The notes under the pieces: generated by a model
Seen by the model: the letters and a program-made list of their open reading frames with translations, nothing else
Databases searched by the model: none
Told to the model about the DNA's origin: nothing
Shown: positions 57,601 to 64,000 of the stretch, one piece after another
Layout: each line of letters begins with the position of its first letter
Numbering within the stretch: position 1 is the stretch's first letter
DNA from: Macrostomum lignano
Taxonomy: Eukaryota
NCBI GenBank assembly: GCA_002269645.1
Contig: NIVC01000327.1
Coordinates: forward strand, 62,001 to 126,000
Direction of reading: 5' to 3'
DNA: 64,000 nt
Made by a program: the position numbers and the translations under genes

Positions 57601-59335
57601 GAACATTGATTTTGCCTATTTAAATAATAATTTGGACATGTCATGGACTATCATTTAGCTACCGAGATGTGAGCTAGAGTTTGCAAAAGCTCCAGCCTTC
57701 TCTTGCAAAAGTCTCCAGGTTGGGACTTTTTGAAAGCTTCTTACAACTGCGGATGCTGGTCTCAGTGTGTAGACGGGGTTCCTCTTCATCCAATCTAATT
57801 TCCTAGTTCTACAAACTCTAGGGAGCACATCTCTCATTCCGTCCTGCCCTGAATAAAGTTCTCATCCTTATTCCACAAGTATATATTCGCTTTTGCAACT
57901 GATGACACTTCTACTCTCGTGGTATGCACCCTATAGTGCTGTTGCGGTAGCTGTTAAGAAATCGAAAACAAGAGCAACCAAATACTATAATGGGATGGGA
58001 GACAGAGAATGGCAATTCTAATGCTTAAAGTCTTCACCTGGGATCTAGCGTTTGTGGAACTTTGGACGGCCTTTATAGTTTTGGATGTCATAAAGCGTCT
58101 GTCTTTTTAGTAATTCTCATTTGGAATGTCCGAATTACTATTTAGATTGGTAAAAGCAATACATTAGCTAGTGCTTAACTGGAATCTGCAGTGTCAAAAT
58201 ACATTATACAATTCAAAGGGGCAAAAATATAGAACAGTGATTACATTTAGTTACGTGCGAACAAAACTAAAAAAGTGCAAAAAACGGCAAGTATATCATC
58301 TGGCGCAAAACATAACAACACAAATTTTCGGCAACAGTAACAAGTAATGTATAAATTTCGGCATTAGCGTAAGAAGTTGTGTTGTTCTAACCACAAAACA
58401 AAATAAATTTCACGAACAAGTAATTTTTGCTTTTTTCTGTTTTGAGTGAACAAAGCTGGACAAATAAGTAAAAATATGCAACTGCAATACTTTATCGATA
58501 TCACGAGTCAAGCAAAGGTCAACAACTTGTAGATTCTTAGAGATCGCTGGCTAGACAAAAATAGATGGCAAATAAAAGTAGCTAGAAGATAAAACATGAA
58601 TTTGAGGGAGCTATCTGCACATGTATATTTAAATATCAAGGGCCGTAGCATTTTAGCTTATCAAATAGACTATGCCAACTTTTATGATTATAAGCTCCCA
58701 AAAGGCATGTTTCATCTCGTAAAATATCGAGACGACGATTTTCAGGGATAATATATTGAATATTACCAATTCAAATTCCGGAGAACAAAATTTTCTTGAA
58801 GACGTCTTAGCTATGCATATTTTATGAACAAAATAAAATCTGCCGTTTAAAGTATCGAGCCAATTTGGTATTAATATTGAGACTTTCATGATAACAGCAA
58901 AACAATAAGAAAATTATTATTCGATTCAAAAAAATCCCATCGAGAAAAAAAATAAGAACAAGCAAAATAAGTTGCACGTGATTTTACGAGCTAATCATGA
59001 GCAGCGCATGTCTCTGGTAAACTATGATTTAGATTAAGTCGACATTATTTAGTTAAAAATTACTGAAATTACGAGTATCATAATCGTGACTTCCAGAGAT
59101 TTTTCAAAGAGAGTGCAAGTGTGTTTTTGGTCCGAGTGGTTTCTAAAGTTAGTATACAGTGATTTACGAAAAGTGCAACTATATAGAATGACAGAAAATA
59201 AAAAAATCATAGCTCTTCAATGATTTTTTTTAGGCTCTTCAATCTCGCCTCTTACATATAAATATACCTTGGTCGCGCTTTTCACCCCTCCTCGTCTTAT
59301 CTCTTACACTCAACGCCACCCCCCCCCCTAGTTTA

Positions 59336-59504
59336 GTGGCGTACGCAGGGGGGGGGGGCTAGGGCCCGCGGCCAATTGTCTGGGGGCGACTGACAGAGGT
59401 CTTGCCAGAGGCGACTAGCCAGAGAGGGTTTAGTGCAAATGAACGATACTCTCCCTGTCTGTCGGCGCCCCCCCCCTTAATGGAAAATCCTGCGTACGCC
59501 ACTG
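59336..59504. mobile_element. hAT-type MITE, ~170 bp
   Basis: TIR gtggcgtacgcagg / cctgcgtacgccactg; 8 bp direct repeat ctagttta at 59328-59335 and 59505-59512; the left terminal CA appears lost. Confidence 0.7.
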
Positions 59505-59665
59505 CTAGTTTATTGACATAAATATACCCATTTGGGTCTTTATTAAAATAGTTTACTTATTTTTTTTATTACAGTTAATCTATTTCTTCAATGCATTTTA
59601 AAGCATACTGTGTCCTCATTTAAACGCCAACATTCAGTCGGTCATGGCTTCGAACTTAAACATTA

Positions 59666-62600
59666 TTATTCGATGGCCTGCACCGAGCCTCTGTTGGAGC
59701 CGAATCGCTCCTCCCGTACCAGCGAGGCCCGGGCTCGACCGCCGTCATCATCGGCATCGCCGCCGCGTCTTCCAGCGCCGCCGTTGGTCCAGGCCACCTG
59801 CACCACGAGCCGGAACGCCCGGGGCTTTGGCCCCGTGCCGCTGTCGCCACCCTCGCCAAAACAGCAGCAGCAGCAGCAGCACCGACATCTTCGACCGTTG
59901 AAGATTCCGTAGACAACCGGATTGATGGCGCTGGTGGACATGCCGAAGAAGAAGATGTACTCGCTCATGCGCTCAATAAGCCACTGGTACTGAGCGCCGG
60001 TGAGCTTGCCAACGCAGGTGAGTATATACAGCACCCAATAGGGCAGCCAAAGCAACACGAAGACCAAAATGATGACGGAGAACATTTGGAAGCTGCGAAT
60101 TTTAGCCCGTTGTAGCAGCGACTTACGAGACGAATTAATGTAGGAGCTGGCTTCGCGGCACTCCCTGGCAGTTACTCTGTCCGAGTCCAGTGCTCTGTCA
60201 GCTCCAGCTGCCGTGCTCACTGCAGTCAGCTCGGTATTGTCTGTGCTTTCCGTAGTGGTTCGGCTTTTGCAAGGTGTGGCGGCGTTCTCTGAAAAGTAGA
60301 TTTTAAAACTGGCTAGACAAAATTTCGAAGGATTATCCTATTGCAAACCTAGAATTCAAAGGTTTGCAGTTTGATAGATCCTAAAATTGGAAAATAATCG
60401 ATAATGTACAGGCATATTGAAGACAATTTCATAGTGCCGTGACATTACTTCAGTTGTTTATTCCACCTGAATTCTAATGGGCAGATGTGCAACCGACAGC
60501 TCAGCCGCAGCTTGGCTGTGTACGGCAGTTCAGTCCAAGAACTTCACACATCCTCGATTACCCCAGCCAATGCTGGCACCCACTTTACATACAGCTCTGC
60601 TCTGGATGAACTGAAACAAGTCGTGAGTCCGACGCTCTAACCACTAGGCTGCGACCCCTTGTTGCTTTTGTAGACTGTACAATTTAACTGTGTATTTTGC
60701 CTAATGATTCAAGAAGATCGAAGCATACTAGAAACTCTAGCAAAATTCATCAAAGAAATGACACAAGTTCGCGACGCTCAGTTGCCCTGTGGATGCCTTT
60801 AAGCATTACCTAACGGCGTATTCTGAATTTTAATTATTCATTTTCCATCCTTACGTTGACTTGGAGCTCAGCGCATCAAAATCGAATTATTTAAAGTTCA
60901 GAGAAGGTTGATTTTTCAACGGAATGCCGAAGACGCACACCGTATATTTTATACGAAGCCTATAGTTAGTACTCCCTATTCTCCAGAGGCTTAATAAGAA
61001 AGCTAATCGCCACTCACTTTTTTACGGGTGCACCCCATCTTCGCGCTATTCTCCTCATCAATAATTATGCCTCAGATTCCCTACTACTAATTGCCATCCT
61101 CCTACCTGGGTGCGACCTTGAGCATAGGTGAGGAGCAAGAGCAACTTACATGTATAGCTTGAATAGATGCAGATTCTGAATTTGATGCTTATTGTGGGGT
61201 GCTTTCACAAGGTCAAAATTTTATAACATCGAAAACTTTAGTAAGAGACTTTATAAGGTCGAAATTTCACAACGTAGAAAACTCAAATAGCAGCCACTTT
61301 CACAAGGTCGAAATGTCACAACGTAGAAAAATTAATATAACAAAAACCAATCAGTAGTTTTCTACGTTGTGAAATTTCGACCTTGAGAAATTTCGACCTT
61401 GTGAAATTTCGACCTTGAGAAATTTCGACCTTGTGAAATTTCGACCATGAGAAATTACGAACTTATGAAGTCTCTTTGCTAAAGTTTTCGATGTTGTGAA
61501 ATTTTGACCTTGTGAAAGAAGGTGCTTTCGACGTTGTGAAATTTCGAGTTTGTGAAACTATAGAGCCAGGGCCAGCAAGAGGGACGCATTTTTTAATTTG
61601 ATATGGTTTCATTTGCCACAAAAATGATTTAGATTAGAAAGATGTTCAAGAGAGAAGAGTGTGCACGCGGGAATTTTAAATGGAAGTGGCCGCAACCCTA
61701 GGGGGCGCCAATGTTAAGCCTTGGTGGGCGCCCCCGTCTCTTAGCGGGCGCATCTGTCTCTTAGTGGGTGCCACTGGACGCCCCTGTCTCTTGATGGGCG
61801 CCCTTATCTAACAGACACACTGCTGGCTAACAACAGACGCAAACCACTGTCTAACAACAAACACAAGACGAAAACCACTGTCTAACAACAGACACAATAC
61901 AAGAATCACTGTCTAACAACAGACACAAGACAAGAACCACTGTCTGACAGCAGACAAAAGACAAAAACCACTGTTCAACAACAGACACAAACCATTGTCT
62001 AACAACAGACGCAAGACACAAACCACTGTCCAACAACAGAAACAAGACACAGACCACTGTCTAACAAGAGAAGCAAGACGCAAACCACTGTCTAACAACA
62101 GACAAAAACTACTAACAACAGACACAAGACAAAAATCACTGTCTAACAACAGACACAAGACGAAAACTACTGTCTAATAACAGACGCAAGACACAACCTA
62201 CTGTGTAGCAAAGACACAAGACAAGAACCACTGTCTAACAATAGACGCAAGACACAATCTACTGTGTAACAAAGACACAAGACAAGAACCACTGTCTAAC
62301 AACAGAAGCAAGACACAATCTACTGTGTAACAAAGACACAAGACAAGAACTACTGTCTAACAACAGACGCAAGAAGAAAACCACTGTCTAACAACAGAAG
62401 CAAGACACAATCTACTGTGTAACAAAGACACAAGACAAGAACTACTGTCTAACAACAGACGCAAGACGAAAACCACTGTCTAACAACAGAAGCAAGACAC
62501 AATCTACTGTGTAACAAAGACACAAGACAAGAACCACTGTCTAACAACAGACGCAAGACAGAAACCACTGTCTAACAACAGACACAAGCTGACACAGGTA

Positions 62601-63012
62601 CCCGCTCACACAGGGTGTACAACAGCAGCCCCACTTTCTCATCAATGCGTTAGGCATGTACACACTGTGCCTGAAAGGGGTCGCCAGCCCGAGTGTGAAT
62701 GGTACAACGAATTTCCGGGACAATTTTAAAATTTGAACTTCAAATATGGAGCTAAACTAAATAGGGAGCTTCAAAAAGGGGCTGCTTACCGAACTGTCGC
62801 ATAGTGACAATAATAGTACGAATCAGTCTCCCGTAAGCCAACGTCAGTACAAAAGTTGGCAGCAAAAATATGACGACAATGTTGAATATCATGTAGGCCA
62901 GTTGTAGGTGATGCACAATGCCTGCTACACTTTTCGGCGGGTTCATGGCGATTGATACGCACTGGTAGAAGTCGGTCTCCCACGGACCGCGAGCCACTTG
63001 GAACTGGATTAG
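59666..63012 (-). CDS. Class A neuropeptide GPCR, GnRH/corazonin/AKH receptor family, 3' part (ECL2 to C-tail)
   Basis: Exons 63012-62790 and 60288-59666 (phase 1 junction, GT-AG). FQVARGPWETDFYQCVS (ECL2), TM5, RAKIRSFQMF..WLPYW (TM6), FFFGMSTSAINPVVYG (TM7, corazonin/lophotrochozoan GnRHR-like). TM1-4 not found in the window. Confidence 0.88.
60465..60659 (-). mobile_element. tRNA-derived SINE, copy 3, internally deleted (no B box)
   Basis: Minus strand aggggtcgcagcctagtggttagagcgtcggactcacgac; the body matches copy 2 (cagatgtgcaaccgacagctcagccgcagc). Confidence 0.75.
61202..61518. mobile_element. Palindromic MITE/foldback-like element with 17 bp subrepeats (aatttcgaccttgtgaa)
   Basis: 61202-61283 is the reverse complement of the right arm 61356-61518, apart from a repeat expansion; no clean TSD. 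Confidence 0.65.
61812..62590. repeat. ~31 bp minisatellite ctgtctaacaacagacacaagacaagaacca
   Basis: About 25 copies in the GPCR intron. Confidence 0.93.
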
Positions 63013-63044
63013 CTGCAATGAGTATCGGGATGTAGGGTGGTGTC

Positions 63045-63770
63045 TGTTGTTGTCAGCGACTAACTTTTGTTGCTAGAAGACAGAAGCCCGTGTCTGTTGT
63101 TAGATTTAGTTTGTTTCTGTTGTTACATGTAGTTTGTGTCTGTTGTTACATGTATGGTTTGTGTCTGCTGTTAAATGTAGCTTGTGTCTTTAATTAAATG
63201 TAGTTTGTGCCTGTTGTTAAATGTAGCTTGTGTCTTTTAGTAGATGTAGTTTGTGTCAGTTGTTGTCAGCTGCTAACTCTAGCTGCTAGAAGACAAAAGC
63301 CCATGTCTGTTGTTAGACAGCAGTTTGTGTCTGTTGTTAGACAGCAGTTGGTGTCTGTTGTTAGACAGAAGTTGGTGTCTGTTGTTAGACACCAGTTTGT
63401 GTCTGTTGTTAGACACCAGTTTGTGTCTGTTGTTAGACAGAAGTTTGTGTCTGTTGTTAGACACCAGTTTGTGTCTGTTGTTAGACACCAGTTTGTGTCT
63501 GTTGTTAGACACCAGTTTGTGTCTGTTGTTAGACAGCAGTTGGTGTCTGTTGTTAGACAGAAGTTGGTGTCTGTTGTTAGACACCAGTTTGTGTCTGTTG
63601 TTAGACACCAGTTTGTGTCTGTTGTTAGACAGCAGTTTGTGTCTGTTGTTAGACAGCAGTTTGTGTCTGTTGTTAGACACCAGTTTGTGTCTGTTGTTAG
63701 ACAGCAGTTTGTGTCTGTTGTTAGACACCAGTTTGTGTCTGTTGTTAGACAGCAGTCTGTACTAGACTTT
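63045..63770. repeat. 24 bp minisatellite gtttgtgtctgttgttagacacca (inverted relative of 61812-62590)
   Basis: Regular 63300-63765, degenerate 63045-63300; a 20 bp core is the exact reverse complement of ctgtctaacaacagacacaa. Confidence 0.93.
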
Positions 63771-64000
63771 AATTTACATTTATAGTGCACGCGACTTCCC
63801 GCATGACAGAGCTGGGAGTTTGTAGGGAGACCACAGTGGAAAAAGATGATTTTCATAAACTTTCCCAGAAACCGCTTACACATCCACACAGCCCGACCGA
63901 GTATACGCCAGATCTCTCATTCAGTTTACAATTCGTTTTTTCTTAGCTCCCCAGCGTGGGGCAGGGAGTTTCTCCTAACCGATTTTAATCTCATTGATTG

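Noticed and set aside
59610-59916. Plus-strand ORFs overlapping the GPCR tail
   Set aside because: Antisense shadows of a GC-rich coding exon.

Overview
Eukaryotic (invertebrate metazoan) genomic DNA; GC-rich exons and minisatellite-filled introns suggest a free-living flatworm such as Macrostomum, but that is inference only. Six spliced or intact protein genes can be built with GT-AG introns and consistent phases: the 3' part of an SLC4 Na+-coupled bicarbonate transporter (+), a secreted fibrinogen-domain protein (+, with a pseudogenised partial duplicate), PTTG1IP (+), a Cys-loop ligand-gated chloride channel of the GluCl/GlyR type (+), an Ldh_2-family oxidoreductase (+), and the 3' part of a GnRH/corazonin-type GPCR (-). 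Mobile DNA includes three copies of a tRNA-derived SINE, a MULE/foldback-like element inserted in one SINE, two near-identical ~1.4 kb LTRs in inverted orientation (each with a tRNA-Leu PBS), a decayed RNase H-bearing LINE and MITEs. About 20 tandem arrays generate most of the long ORFs in the track, which are not genes. Most notable unexplained structure: (1) nine minisatellites of different unit length share a GTGTC/GACAC core, and several occur as inverted pairs bracketing exons; (2) the convergent inverted LTR pair; (3) a ~2.5 kb stretch with no CpG in the 5' body of the Ldh_2 gene. All coordinates and counts were read by eye; array boundaries are approximate.
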